Assembly: GCF_000015585.1 (NCBI RefSeq)
Contig: NC_008789.1
Location: 690,001 to 722,000, forward strand
DNA: 32,000 nucleotides
Reading direction: 5' to 3'
Source: Halorhodospira halophila SL1
Lineage (GTDB): Bacteria > Pseudomonadota > Gammaproteobacteria > Nitrococcales > Halorhodospiraceae
In this document: positions 1 to 8,575 of the stretch, in pieces
Layout of the letters: each line of letters starts with the position of its first letter
Position numbering within the stretch: position 1 is the first letter of the stretch
Program-made: the position numbers and the translations under genes
Notes under the pieces: generated by a model
Database searches by the model: none
Told to the model about the DNA's origin: nothing
The model's input: only the letters and a program-made list of their open reading frames with translations

Positions 1-74
<74 letters not shown>

Positions 75-115
75 CCTGGTCAAACAGGAGGTCGTGGCAA
101 GGTCTGCCGAGTACT

Positions 116-192
116 GCGCCCGTAGCTCAATCGGATAGAGCATCGGCCTTCTAAGCCGAGGGTTGCAGGTTCGAACCCTGCCGGGCGCGCCA
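116..192 (+). tRNA. tRNA-Arg (anticodon TCT)
   Basis: Acceptor gcgcccg/cgggcgc. D-arm tagctcaatcggatagagc. Anticodon stem tcggc/gccga with loop cttctaa. T-arm gcaggttcgaaccctgc. Ends in CCA. Confidence 0.9.
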
Positions 193-226
193 CTAGCGCA
201 GCGCAGGCAGGGTACAGGTTAACGGT

Positions 227-303
227 GGTGGGCGTAGCTCAGCTGGTAGAGCCCCGGATTGTGGCTCCGGTGGTCGTGGGTTCGAGTCCCATCGCTCACC
301 CCA
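227..303 (+). tRNA. tRNA-His (anticodon GTG) with extra 5' G(-1)
   Basis: Anticodon stem ccgga/tccgg with loop ttgtggc. T-arm gtgggttcgagtcccat. The extra 5' G is typical of tRNA-His. Ends in CCA. Confidence 0.9.
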
Positions 304-404
304 TCTTTCGATGCGCAGGCCCGGTCCGCCGGGCCGTTTTCGTCGCCGTCCACGGGGCACCTTGTCCGCCGAGGGACGACTTGGCAGAATAAGCAACGAA
401 CACT

Positions 405-480
405 GGGCCGCTAGCTCAACTGGTAGAGCAGCTGACTCTTAATCAGTAGGTTGAAGGTTCGAGTCCTTCGCGGCCCACCA
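405..480 (+). tRNA. tRNA-Lys (anticodon CTT); island integration target
   Basis: Acceptor gggccgc/gcggccc. Anticodon loop ctcttaa. T-arm gaaggttcgagtccttc. Ends in CCA. Its 3' 47 nt recur at 31366-31412. Confidence 0.92.
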
Positions 481-533
481 GACAACGACCCGCAGCCATC
501 ACCGGTATGCGAAGGTAGGTCCGAGCCAGGGGC

Positions 534-594
534 GAGCCCGCTTTCCTTCCCCGTTGGCGGGCTCCGAAGGGGCCGGTGCTGCGTCCACCGGCCC
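534..594 (+). terminator. Two GC-rich hairpins downstream of tRNA-Lys (possible terminator)
   Basis: First hairpin: gagcccgc..gcgggctc (534-564). Second hairpin: gggccggtg..caccggccc (570-594). The T-tract is weak. The two repeat-copy differences at 582/583 fall in the loop. Confidence 0.3.
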
Positions 595-768
595 TTCTCC
601 CACTTCCTTGTAGACCCCTGGGGCTAAGACGCCTCAGCGTTCATCCTGGCTTCATCCGGTCTCGGTAAGATGCACCTCCCCCGTTGTACCGACTACGGCG
701 CACCCCAATGCACCGCAGCTCCCTCAGCGTTACCTCAACACATGACTAAGCGCTTCCCGGCACTCTAG

Positions 769-987
769 TCAAGTATCGACATCCTGTGAACGGTCGCGAC
801 CCGGACCTCGATGCGGACTGCGCGGGTCCGGCAGACTGTCGACCAACCGATGCAACTGGCCCAGATCGGGTTCCAAGTACTGCATCGTCGTCATCAGGCT
901 GCTATGCCCTAAGAGCTGTTGCAACCCGCGCAGGTCCGGCTGCGGTTGCGCAGCGATCTCGCTCGCGCATGTGTGGCGGAGCCGATG
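769..987 (-). pseudogene. Tyrosine recombinase (integrase) 3' remnant, truncated by an IS
   Basis: Identical to the 3' part of the integrase ORF at 31701-31994, which carries HRLRHT...LLGHSSLMTTMQY. Homology stops at 987, where the IS3-family inverted repeat begins. Confidence 0.8.
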
Positions 988-1017
988 TGGTCTTACCCAG
1001 CGAACGTGGACACGGTG

Positions 1018-1397
1018 TTAGCTATTAAGCCGGGCCTCGTAGTCGTCCGGGGATAGGTACCCGAGCGTGCTATGAAGACGCCGGCGATTGTAGTAGCCCT
1101 CAATGTATTCGAAGACGGCCTCACGCATCGAGGCCCGCGTGGGGAATTTCTCGCCATGCAGGGCCTCGACCTTCAGGGAACGGAAAAAGCTCTCGTTGCA
1201 GGCATTGTCGTAGCAGCTGCCCTTCGCGCTCATGCTGCTGATCAGCCCGTAGTCGCTGATGAGCCTGCGGTACGCACGGGAGCAGTACTGGCTGCCACGA
1301 TCCGTATGGACGATGACACCCGTAGGGTAGCCTCGCCGTTCCAGGGCCATCTGAAGCGCCTCACAGGCCAGTTCAGCGCTCATCTGCTCGCGCATGG
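1018..1397 (-). pseudogene. IS3-family transposase OrfB, C-terminal part (split by IS21 insertion)
   Basis: Contains the DDE integrase core motifs HTDRGSQY and CYDNA. It joins in frame to 4084-4577 (..VIGWAM|REQMSAEL..) once one copy of the 7-bp duplication is removed. Confidence 0.85.
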
Positions 1398-1596
1398 TAT
1401 GGAATAGTCCTCAAGTGGGGGGCATGTTCCACGGGAAGTGGGGTGCCGATTCCACGCGAAGCGGGTGTGCTGTTCCACCGGATGTGGGGGGCCGATTCCA
1501 CGGGATGTGGTGGGGCCGTTCCACGGCAATGGGGTGGATAGGCGCGGCGATCGGGGATACTTGGACTCTCCCCACCACCTGCTCCGGAGAGAGTCC

Positions 1597-3139
1597 ATGC
1601 CCACCCCGAGGTCGTCCATGCGCAAAATCCGTGAGGTGCTTCGCCTTCGCTACGAGCTGGGCCTGAGCCAGCCCCGCATCGCCTCCGCCTGCCAGCTGGG
1701 GGTGAACACCGTGTACCGATACCTTCGGCGCGCCCGGGCCGCCGGCCTCGGGTGGCCGCTGCCCGAGGAGCTGGATGATCATGCCCTGGAGCGGCTGCTC
1801 TTTCCGCATCGCTCGGGCGCTCGGACTGACCTCCCGCCGGAACCGGACTGGGAGCAGGTTGCCCGCGAGCTCACTCGCAAGGGTGTCACCCGGCACCAGC
1901 TCTGGCTCGAGTACCGCGAGCAGGAGCCGAAGGGGTACGGCTACTCGGCGTTTTGCGTGCACCTGCGCCGTCATGTGGGCCGAGAGCAGCCGAGCATGGC
2001 GCAGCTCCATACCGCCGGCGAGGCGCTCTATGTCGATTACGCCGGCATGACCGTCCCGATCCAGGATGGCGAGACCGGGGAGCAGGCGCCGGCGCAGGTC
2101 TTTGTCGCGGTGCTCGGCTGCTCGCAGCTGATCTACACCGAGGCCGCGGCGAGCCAGTGCAGCAGCGACTGGCTCAACGCCCACATCCGGGCGCTGACCT
2201 ACATCGGTGGCGTACCCGAGTGCATCGTCCCTGATAACCTCAAAAGCGCCGTACAGCGCCCCCATCGCTACGACCCACAGCTCAACCGGGCCTACGCTGA
2301 GCTGGCCGAGGTCTACGGGTTTGCCGTCGTGCCGGCCCGGGTGCGTGCCCCCAAAGATAAGGCGCTGGCCGAGAACGCCGTGCTGATTGTCGAGCGAGAG
2401 ATCCTTGCGCCGATGCGCGATCGGCGCTTCTTCAGCCTGGCGGAGGCGAATGCGGCGATCCGCGAGCGGCTCGATGCGCTGAATGAGCGGCCGTTCTCGC
2501 GCCGTGCTGGCAGTCGGCGGCAGCGTTTTGAGGAACTCGAGCGCGCGGCACTGCGGCCATTGCCGACGCACCCCTTTGAGCCGGCCCTGTGGCGCCGTTT
2601 GCAGCTCGGGTCGACCTATCATGTCGAGCACGCCGGGCATAGCTACAGCGTCCCGCACGGGCTCATCGGCCAGGAGGTGGAGCTGCGGATCACCGCCGCC
2701 GCGCTCGAGATCTTCCACGCCAGCCAGCGCGTTGCCGCCCATCCGCGTCACGACGGCCCGGGGGGGGCAAAGCACCCTGAGCGAGCACATGCCGCCGCAC
2801 CACCGGGCTTACGCGGCGCTCGACGGCGGGCAGATGCTGCGCTGGGCCGAGGGCGTCGGCGTGGCGACCGCCACGCTACTGCGCCAGGAGCTCGAAAACG
2901 GCCCGCTACGCCGCGCAAGGCGTCTGGCCGAAGGACTCCAGCGCCTGGCTCGTCATTACGGCCCACAGCGCCTGGAAGCGGCCTCGGAGCGGGCATTGAG
3001 CCTGGGGGTAGGTAGCTACACGAACCTGGAGTCGATCCTGCGTCGCGGTCTGGATCGTCAGCCGCTGGACGGGGAGCGGCGAACCGAGGCCACGCCCATC
3101 GAGCATACCAATGTGCGCGGCCCCGGCTACTACCACTGA
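1597..3139 (+). pseudogene. istA: IS21-family transposase IstA, frameshifted in an 8-G run
   Basis: The N-terminal HTH and DDE part reads in the frame starting at ATG 1597. The genuine C-terminus (..GQSTLSEHMPPHH...HTNVRGPGYYH) is in another frame (ORF 2483-3139). The switch falls at the G8 tract at 2760-2767. Confidence 0.8.
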
Positions 3140-3167
3140 TCGCCCCCACCACGGAGAGATCCTGATC

Positions 3168-3932
3168 ATGCTACCGCATCCAACCCTGGAGAAGCTCTCG
3201 GCGCTGAAGCTCAACGGCATGCGCGCCGCCGTCGAGGAGCAATTGGGACGCACGGACCTGGAGGCGATGCCCTTTCTCGATCGCCTCGCCCTGCTGGTCG
3301 AGCGCGAAGCAGCCGTGCGTGCCGATCGACAACTGACAGCTCGGCTACGTGCCGCCAAGCTGCGCTACCCGGAGGCCTGCGTCGAGGGGATCGACCGCCG
3401 CGCCCGCCGCAAGCTCTCGGGCGCTGTGCTCGAGCCGCTTTTCACCAGTCGGTGGGTGGCCGATCAGCGCAACGTGCTGATTAGTGGTCCGACCGGCGTC
3501 GGCAAGTCGTACCTGGCCTGCGCCCTGGCGCAGAAGGCCTGCCGCGACGGCTACCGGGCCTACTACGCACGCCTGCCCCGGCTGCTTGGCGAGCTGACCC
3601 TCGCCCGCGCAGACGGCACCTATGCTCGTCGCTTTGCCGAGCTGGCCAAGGCCCAGGTCCTGGTACTCGACGACTTCGGTCTCGGGGCGCTGGATGACAC
3701 CGACCGACGGGAACTGCTGGAGGTCCTCGAGGATCGCTATCGGCGCCGTTCCACGGTGATTGCCAGTCAGCTGCCCATCGCCCAATGGTACGAGGTCATC
3801 GGCGATGCCACACTGGCGGACGCCATCCTCGATCGGGTGGTGCACAACAGCTATCGCCTCGAGATGCAGGGCGAATCCATGCGTCGCTCCCAGGATGCCC
3901 TCGAGACAACCACCTCGGAGTCGAACCCATGA
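3168..3932 (+). CDS. istB: IS21-family helper ATPase IstB
   Basis: Starts MLPHPTLEKLSALKLNGM. Walker A is GPTGVGKSYL and Walker B is VLVLDDFG. A ggagag RBS lies upstream of ATG 3168. Confidence 0.9.
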   Translation: MLPHPTLEKLSALKLNGMRAAVEEQLGRTDLEAMPFLDRLALLVEREAAVRADRQLTARLRAAKLRYPEACVEGIDRRARRKLSGAVLEPLFTSRWVADQRNVLISGPTGVGKSYLACALAQKACRDGYRAYYARLPRLLGELTLARADGTYARRFAELAKAQVLVLDDFGLGALDDTDRRELLEVLEDRYRRRSTVIASQLPIAQWYEVIGDATLADAILDRVVHNSYRLEMQGESMRRSQDALETTTSESNP

Positions 3933-4083
3933 GCCGGTGGCCTGATGTGGACCTACTGCCCGGGAAGGCACCCCAATTCAGTGGAATGGCCCCACCACTT
4001 CCCGTGGAACGGGCCCCCCACATGCGGTGGAACGGGCACCCCTCATCACGTGGAACAGGCCACCCACTTGACTGGAATCCCCA

Positions 4084-4577
4084 CGCATGGCCCAACCGAT
4101 CACTTTGCGGCCACAAAGATCCAGGACGACCGCGAGATAGAGCCATCCTTCGCCGGTCGCCAAATACGTGATGTCGCCAGTCCATTTCTGGTTCCGCTGC
4201 TCGGCTTCAAAGTGCTGGGCCAAGTGGTTTGGCGCGACCGGCAGGCTGTGAGCCGAGTTCGTCGTCACCTTAAACCGGCGTGACGTGCGTGCCCGGAGGC
4301 CCTGACGGCGCATGCTCCGGGCCACGGTTTTGCGATTGGCCGACACGCCTTGCCCGTCCAGCTCTCGCGTCAGTCGAGGCGCTCCAGAGCGTTGCCTGGA
4401 GTCTTCGAAGGCCTCTTGCACCTGCCCATCAAAGGCCTGCTGGCGTTCTTCCCGTGCGGCGCGGGCCGCCTTGTTCCGGCACCATGCGTAGAAGCCGCTG
4501 CGAGCGACGCCAAGGACGCGGCACATCGCCTGGATCCGGTGCTCGTGACGCTGCTGATCGATGAACGCGTACTTCAC
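4084..4577 (-). pseudogene. IS3-family transposase OrfB, N-terminal part
   Basis: Reads MKYAFIDQQ...WTGDITYLATGEGWLYLAVVLDLCGRKVIGWAM and then runs into the IS21 end. Confidence 0.85.
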
Positions 4578-4888
4578 TTCTGGTTTTTCGCGAAGTACGC
4601 CGCGGCCTTTTTTGTGATCGACAGCTCCTCATTCGCTTCCGAGAGCTGACGCTTGAGCCGGGCATTCTCCTCGGCCAACTCCCGCTCTCGCTGCGAGCGG
4701 TCCGCTTCGTTCCGGGCCTTGGTGCGCCACTGGTAGATCTGCGGCGGTTGGAGCCCCAGCTGCTGGGCCGCCTCGCTGACGCCGACGCGCTCGGCCAACG
4801 CCAGCGCCTCGTCTCGATAGGCCGGGCTGTAGCGTGTGCGCTTGGATTTCGTCTTGGTCTTGCTCATCTGAATAGCTTGCCTCGTCAT
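4574..4888 (-). CDS. IS3-family OrfA (HTH)
   Basis: HTH plus a leucine-zipper-like region (ENARLKRQLSEANEEL). Ends ..KKAAAYFAKNQK with an A6G frameshift site. Confidence 0.85.
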   Translation of the reverse strand: MTRQAIQMSKTKTKSKRTRYSPAYRDEALALAERVGVSEAAQQLGLQPPQIYQWRTKARNEADRSQRERELAEENARLKRQLSEANEELSITKKAAAYFAKNQK

Positions 4889-4944
4889 GGATCACCTCGT
4901 CGAATGGTAGCTATTGAGGTGTCCACGGTTGGTGGGCAAGACCA

Positions 4945-5609
4945 CTCTCGGCCATCGAGTTGTCGTAACAGTCGCCCACCGAACTCATCGAAGGGCGCAC
5001 CCCGGCCTCCCGGCAGCGGTTGCCGAAGGCAATGGATGTGTACTGCGACCCACGGTCCGAGTGGTGTATGACGGCCTCTGGACGGCGCTGCCAGATCGCC
5101 ATCTCGAGGGCGTCGAGGACGATCTCCGTGCGCATGTGGCCAGCCATTGACCAGCCCACGACACGCCGTGAGAACACGTCGATGACGACAGCGAGGTACA
5201 GGAATCCCGCCCACGTTGGAACGTACGTGATATCCGCGACATAGAGCTGGTCTGGCCCATTTGCGGTGAAGTCCCGCTCGACGAGATCCGGCTTGTCTTC
5301 GCTGTCCCGGTCCGGAATCGTCGCAATCGTTCCCTTGCGGCGGCTGACGCCTTGCAGGCCAGCGGCCCGCATCAGGCGGGCGACTCGCTTTGCGGAGAAG
5401 CGCCAGCCTTCATCCCGGAGCTCGGCATGAATCCGCGGTGCACCGTATGTGCCGCGAGAATTGTCGTGGATCGCCTCGATCCGCTCCGTCAGAGCGGCGT
5501 CTGTCGCCGCACGGACTGAGCGGCCGCGATTGCGCCACGCGTAGAAACCGCTGGGGGAGACGCCCAGTACCCCGCAAAGCGTGGCAGTGCTGTAATAGGC
5601 CCGATTCAC
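4945..5609 (-). pseudogene. IS3-family OrfB, truncated after CYDNSMAES
   Basis: DDE motifs HSDRGSQYTS and CYDN are present. The ORF then reads through into the neighbouring IS inverted repeat (GLAHQPWTPQ). Confidence 0.8.
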
Positions 5610-5926
5610 TTCGACGAACTCGAAGATCCGCTGGACTTCGCGTCGGTCTCCCGAGCGAACCAGGCCGCGGCTTTTGACAGAATCTCCCGCTCTTCGCGCA
5701 GCCGCTTATTCTCGGCTCGCAGCCGCTTGAGCTCCTCGTTTTGCTCGCTGGTCGGACCGTCCGTGCGCTTGCCAGCGTCGCGGTCTGCCTGGGCGACCCC
5801 GTTGGTGATGGTCTGAGCGGTCGGCTCAAACTCCTGAGCTAGTTCCGAAGGCGTGCGCCCTGAGCGGACAAGATCAATCATCTGCTGGCGAAACGCCTGC
5901 GTGTAAGGCGGTCGGGTTCTGGGCAT
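5606..5926 (-). CDS. IS3-family OrfA
   Basis: HTH (TPSELAQEFEPTAQTITN) plus a coiled coil (EELKRLRAENKRLREE). Overlaps the orfB start. Confidence 0.8.
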   Translation of the reverse strand: MPRTRPPYTQAFRQQMIDLVRSGRTPSELAQEFEPTAQTITNGVAQADRDAGKRTDGPTSEQNEELKRLRAENKRLREEREILSKAAAWFARETDAKSSGSSSSSK

Positions 5927-5983
5927 CGTGGAAACCTCCTTTTACCAAAGCATCAAGGTCTCCACGGAAGCGGATCAACTCCA

Positions 5984-6726
5984 CAATCCCTTTTCCAACA
6001 GGGCTAGGTTCGGACGTACCAGTGGCTCAGTGCTCGAACGCTGCTCGGTGTCTTAATCCCTTTTCCAACAGGGCTAGGTTCGGACCCGGCATGAACGGCA
6101 AGGGAACCCAAAGTACCGCCGTCTTAATCCCTTTTCCAACAGGGCTAGGTTCGGACCCATGCTTGTCAGTCAACCCAGCCTTACCGAAGCCGTCTTAATC
6201 CCTTTTCCAACAGGGCTAGGTTCGGACGTACCAGTGGCTCAGTGCTCGAACGCTGCTCGGTGTCTTAATCCCTTTTCCAACAGGGCTAGGTTCGGACCCG
6301 GCATGAACGGCAAGGGAACCCAAAGTACCGCCGTCTTAATCCCTTTTCCAACAGGGCTAGGTTCGGACCCATGCTTGTCAGTCAACCCAGCCTTACCGAA
6401 GCCGTCTTAATCCCTTTTCCAACAGGGCTAGGTTCGGACTCGTGGACCTCGGGCGGCCGAGCGATCCCACTTTGTCTTAATCCCTTTTCCAACAGGGCTA
6501 GGTTCGGACTTGGTGGGAGCATGGAGGTCGGTGTCGATGGCCACTTCGTCTTAATCCCTTTTCCAACAGGGCTAGGTTCGGACCAAAACACGGTGAGCAT
6601 GTTGGTCATCCGTCAGGTGTCTTAATCCCTTTTCCAACAGGGCTAGGTTCGGACAGAGTTTGTTCGCCTACCCTACGACCCGGAGACCTAGTCTTAATCC
6701 CTTTTCCAACAGGGCTAGGTTCGGAC
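5984..6726 (-). CRISPR. CRISPR array 1: 11 repeats (trailer-most truncated by IS), 10 spacers of 34-38 nt
   Basis: 36-nt repeat, plus-strand gtcttaatcccttttccaacagggctaggttcggac. The transcribed sense is inferred as GTCCGAACCTAGCCCTGTTGGAAAAGGGATTAAGAC, giving the 8-nt tag ATTAAGAC. Repeats start at 5984 (partial), 6050, 6121, 6192, 6262, 6333, 6404, 6474, 6548, 6619 and 6691. Confidence 0.97.
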
Positions 6727-6949
6727 TCCTCGGCCCCATAAAGCCTTTCTGATCATGGGGTTACGAAGGGGGTTACCGCAAATCGCGGGACCCGCGGAGT
6801 TATGAGCACCTCTCATCCGCACCTTATTCCTATTTGACAAAGAGCCCGCTCCATTGGCGCAACATCTGATCATATAACAGCAGCTAAAGCATACGCCAGG
6901 GGCGGCAAGCTTGCTGTGCCCGGCTTCCAGCATCGGGGTCTGGGCAAAG
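6727..6949 (-). promoter_or_regulatory. CRISPR leader of array 1
   Basis: Lower-GC region abutting the last repeat. It shares conserved blocks with 25238-25400 and, in reverse complement, with 21440-21565. Confidence 0.65.
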
Positions 6950-7186
6950 TCAGCGATGGTGTTCGCCTTCCTCAAAGCAGGCGAAATACGCCTCGATTAA
7001 GCGGATTGGGGGCAACCTCAGCGCCTTGGCTAATTCCGCGATCGTATAGACCGTAGGATTCGCTCGGCAGCGGCAGAGGTCATAGAGCCACTGGCGACTA
7101 ACTCCAGCCCGGCGAGCGACCTCGGACAGGGAGCGCCCCTGGGCGCGGGCCTGCTTGCGGATCAGCAGCTCAAACTCCGTGCACAT
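6950..7186 (-). CDS. Small XRE/Cro-type HTH protein between cas1 and the leader
   Basis: 78 aa. HTH reads RSLSEVARRAGVSRQWLYDL. Its start is 1 nt after the cas1 stop. A paralog lies at 25471-25707. Confidence 0.8.
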   Translation of the reverse strand: MCTEFELLIRKQARAQGRSLSEVARRAGVSRQWLYDLCRCRANPTVYTIAELAKALRLPPIRLIEAYFACFEEGEHHR

Positions 7187-7187
7187 G

Positions 7188-8150
7188 CTACGCCTCGGGA
7201 ATAGTTTGGGCGCCGTGGTGGGCGCACTCGGCGGCTAGGGCCTGAGCGGCGCGGCGCTGCCAGCGTCGATGGAGCCCGGCATGGCGTTCCCAGCAGCCGA
7301 AGAAGGTCTGCCGTGCAGCCTTGCCTAGTCGTACGCCCTCGGTGCTGTTGGTGAAGTCCGTGCGCTGGAGCGTCTCGCTCGCGAATAGCTCCCAGGTCAG
7401 CCGCTCCACCCGGGCCCGGGCGATCTCCGTGAGATCGCAGGCCAAGGAGTCTCGCCCCCAGGCAGGCTCGTGCAGTACGCCGATGGCCGGATCGAGGCCG
7501 GCAGCGGTGACGGCCCGCAGTGCATCGCCGTGCGCGAGGGTGTAGCCGAGCGAGAGGACGGCGTTGACGGGATCCCGGGGTGGCCGGCGATTTCGCCCGG
7601 AGAAGCCTAGCGCTTCGGCGAAGAGAGCGCCGTAGCCGCGGAAGAAGGCCGCCGCGGCCGTACCCTCCTGCCCCCGCAGTTGCTCACCGGCGGGCGCCTC
7701 GCGGCGCACGGTCGCCTGGGCCGCCTCGATCTCGCGGTGGGCAGCCGTGAGCGGCTGGCGTTGATCAGGACGCCGGTATAGCGCACTCGCGAGGAGCCGC
7801 TGCTGCCCGGCCAGACGCAGTCGCACGAGGCGGCGCGCCCAGGCCTGGCGCTCAGCCTCGAGGTGGATGAGCCTGTACTGGCCGAGGCGGCGGACGGCAT
7901 CGCCATGGCCCTCGCTGCGGAGGAAGGCGCTGCGCCGCTGTCCACGGCTCGGCATGAAGACCAGGCTGACGCCGCTCTCGGCGAGAGTAGTGAGCACGCC
8001 GCTGCTCAGCTCGACCTGGCCAATGACGATCAGTCGGTCGATGAGGCTCAGCGGCACCGAGCGGGGCTGGGCCTCCGGTTCCCGAATGGTGAGCGCCTTG
8101 TGCGCGAGCTCCAGGCGCGTCCGGCGCCGGTCGATGTAGAGGGTGCCCAC
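7188..8150 (-). CDS. cas1: CRISPR integrase Cas1
   Basis: Starts (GTG)GTLYIDRR. Contains RNRRPPRDPVNAVLSLGYTL and GVLHEPAWGRDSLACDLTE, which are typical Cas1 motifs. Confidence 0.92.
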   Translation of the reverse strand: MGTLYIDRRRTRLELAHKALTIREPEAQPRSVPLSLIDRLIVIGQVELSSGVLTTLAESGVSLVFMPSRGQRRSAFLRSEGHGDAVRRLGQYRLIHLEAERQAWARRLVRLRLAGQQRLLASALYRRPDQRQPLTAAHREIEAAQATVRREAPAGEQLRGQEGTAAAAFFRGYGALFAEALGFSGRNRRPPRDPVNAVLSLGYTLAHGDALRAVTAAGLDPAIGVLHEPAWGRDSLACDLTEIARARVERLTWELFASETLQRTDFTNSTEGVRLGKAARQTFFGCWERHAGLHRRWQRRAAQALAAECAHHGAQTIPEA

Positions 8151-8260
8151 TTCCTTACTCCCTTTTGGCTGGAGGCTTGGACATCAGATTGGCACAGGGG
8201 CGCCAGCGTGGCGGGCACGGCAATCTTGCGGCGCGTGGCCGGGCGCCGGCTGCCACGGCG

Positions 8261-8575
8261 CTAGTCGGCCTCCGGGAATTGCGGTCTCAGGCTTAACCCC
8301 GGCAACACCAGGCCTGGCGGCAGGGGCGCCGGACCCTGGTAGGTGCCCTCCCCTTGAGGCTGCAAGGCGTAGATCCGCACGTCGTCGACGCGCTCGTCGA
8401 TCTCGCGGCGCAGAGCCTCGGCGAGCTGATGCCGGGCGCTCGGGACGAGGCGGCAGTAGAAAACGCTGTACTGCAGCGGCACGCCCCATTCCTTCATCAG
8501 CCGATGGACACGGCGCAGGCGGGCCGGCTTGCGGATGTCATAACAGACCAGGTGATCGATGGCGCGCTCACCCAT
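8261..8575 (-). CDS. cas2: Cas2
   Basis: Reads MGERAIDHLVCYDIRKPARLRRVHRLMKEWGVPLQYSVFYCRL. The ATG at 8575 overlaps the upstream ORF's stop by 8 nt. Confidence 0.85.
   Translation of the reverse strand: MGERAIDHLVCYDIRKPARLRRVHRLMKEWGVPLQYSVFYCRLVPSARHQLAEALRREIDERVDDVRIYALQPQGEGTYQGPAPLPPGLVLPGLSLRPQFPEAD

Larger units (their letters stand above)
434..987 (+). repeat. Left copy of 554-bp direct repeat (tRNA-Lys 3' half + downstream + integrase 3' end); attL-side
   Basis: Aligns without gaps to 31366-31919. By-eye differences occur only at 487, 502, 582, 583, 636 and 655. Positions 656-987 are identical. Confidence 0.9.
1398..4083 (+). mobile_element. IS21-family insertion sequence (istA-istB)
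   Basis: Flanked by a 7-bp direct duplication, cgcatgg (1391-1397 and 4084-4090). Both ends carry multiple terminal repeats of the (g)ttccacg / cgtggaac type. The terminal IR is tggaatagtcctcaagtgggg against its reverse-complement counterpart at the right end. Confidence 0.85.
988..4944 (-). mobile_element. IS3-family element no.1, itself interrupted by an IS21-family element
   Basis: Terminal inverted repeats are tggtcttacccagcgaacgtggacac (988-1013) and the reverse complement of 4919-4944 (tggtcttgcccaccaaccgtggacac). It has an orfA/orfB arrangement with an A-AAA-AAG slippery site at 4607-4613 (minus strand). The flanking 3-mers differ (atg vs ctc), so no target duplication. Confidence 0.85.
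4945..5983 (-). mobile_element. IS3-family element no.2, 3' end deleted by IS3 no.1
   Basis: Has orfA and a truncated orfB. The intact end, ...ggaagcggatcaactcca, stops at 5983 inside a CRISPR repeat. The other end is replaced by the IR of IS3 no.1 at 4944. Confidence 0.75.

Noticed and set aside
193-396. 67-aa minus-strand ORF
   Set aside because: It overlaps tRNA-His and the spacers between tRNA genes, and has no coding signal.
786-1028. 80-aa plus-strand ORF
   Set aside because: It lies antisense to the integrase remnant and crosses the IS3 inverted repeat boundary, so it is spurious.
1411-2790. 459-aa ORF antisense to istA. Similar long antisense or off-frame ORFs occur at 13384-14382, 15931-17283, 19814-20545, 17843-18697 and 11571-12125.
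   Set aside because: These are typical shadow ORFs of GC-rich DNA. They are Arg/Pro/Ala/Gly-rich, carry no recognisable motifs, and fully overlap genes with clear family signatures on the other strand or frame.
6159-6625. ORFs of 83, 84 and 75 aa with repeated peptide LIPFPTGLGSD
   Set aside because: They are translations of the CRISPR repeat itself; the periodic peptide is an artefact of array 1.
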